NCBI GenBank assembly: GCA_028534125.1 | Contig: CM052818.1 | Location: 1,180,001 to 1,244,000 of the forward strand | DNA length: 64,000 nucleotides | Direction: 5' to 3' | Origin: Lama glama | Lineage: Eukaryota | Shown here: piece by piece, positions 63,330 to 64,000 of the stretch | Layout of the letters: every line of letters starts with the position of its first letter | Numbering within the stretch: position 1 is the stretch's first letter | Translations under genes and position numbers: made by a program | Notes under the pieces: generated by a model | Seen by the model: the letters and a program-made list of their open reading frames with translations, nothing else | Database searches by the model: none | Told to the model about the DNA's origin: nothing

Positions 63330-63960
63330 GCTGGGAGGCTGCGGTGGCCGACAGCCTGCCCAGGCAGGCAGGCTCTCCAAGGAGAAGGTAGAGCCGTCCA
63401 GGGCCTCAGCCAGCCCATTCCTTGTCCCTCTGTCGGTGGTGCCCCAGGCTCCAAGGCCCCTGGAGCCGTGACCGAGGCCTCCACGCAGCCCGGCCAAGGG
63501 GTGGCCAGAGTCCTGCTGGGCCCAGCGGGGAGCCTGGCAGCAGTGAGCAGCACTCTGCCCTCGCGGGTTTGTGGCTGCCCGCCCTAGTCATTGGAGGTGA
63601 CGTCGATGTCCTCCCCGTTGGCCTGCTTCGTGGCGATGCGCCACCGGTTGATGTGGTGGGAGCCCTTCTTCTTCTGCTCCGACTCGGGCCCCTCCTCCTC
63701 CAGCTTCTGCCGCTTGTACTTTGTCCTCCGGTTCTGGAACCACACCTTCACCTGGGCCAGGGAGGGAGGGGCACAGGTGAGAAACACCCAGGAGGCCCCC
63801 AGAGCGGCCCCCAGGGCCTCAGCACTCGGGCTGAGCTGGGAGCCAGATGGGGAAACCGAGGCCATGGTCCCCTCCTCTGGCCGGTGCCACCTGCCAGGTC
63901 TGGGGGCCTGCCCTTCCAGATGCGAAGGCGAGGGGGCCACGGGGAGGGCACAGCGGGCCA
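63330..63960. promoter_or_regulatory. CpG/GC-rich region over EMX1 last exon (CpG-island-like)
   Basis: Visibly elevated CpG density relative to flanks; observed/expected ratio not computed. Confidence 0.5.
63584..63751 (-). CDS. EMX1: Homeobox protein EMX1, last coding exon (homeodomain helix 3 and C-terminus)
   Basis: Minus-strand acceptor ...ctggcccag|GTG; translates [58 protein letters not shown]; adjacency to SFXN5 matches known synteny. Confidence 0.98.
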   Translation of the reverse strand: MKVWFQNRRTKYKRQKLEEEGPESEQKKKGSHHINRWRIATKQANGEDIDVTSND

Positions 63961-64000
63961 GAAAGGACCGTTTTCCTGTCCCTCTCAGCAGAGGAGGGGA

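Noticed and set aside
63752..63940. N-terminal part of ORF 63584..63940 as EMX1 coding sequence
   Set aside because: It lies upstream of the AG acceptor at 63752-63753 and is intron read-through; homology starts at VKVWFQ.

Overview
Mammalian genomic DNA, very probably camelid: a Vic-1-type tRNA-derived SINE sits at ~5880-6010. The window holds the last eight coding exons and ~3 kb 3' UTR of SFXN5 (sideroflexin-5, + strand) and, tail-to-tail, the last coding exon and 3' UTR of the homeobox gene EMX1 (- strand). The rest is intron or intergenic DNA with old MIR, L2, L1, MLT1 and hAT repeats, microsatellites, CTCF-like motifs and a series of AT-rich, TAAT-dense islands that look like conserved enhancers. 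The main anomaly is in SFXN5. All splice sites are canonical, but the penultimate exon is 119 nt rather than 118, a +1 frameshift that would remove the last hydrophobic segment and the family C-terminus NKGL. Several normally conserved residues are also changed (FWQW->FWLW, RFVPF->RFKLL), while the EMX1 exon is unchanged. The frameshift could be a 1-nt assembly error in a CCC run. Comparisons to human proteins are from my recollection, not a database search, and repeat boundaries are approximate. I see no evidence of a wholly new biological system such as a CRISPR array or novel gene family.
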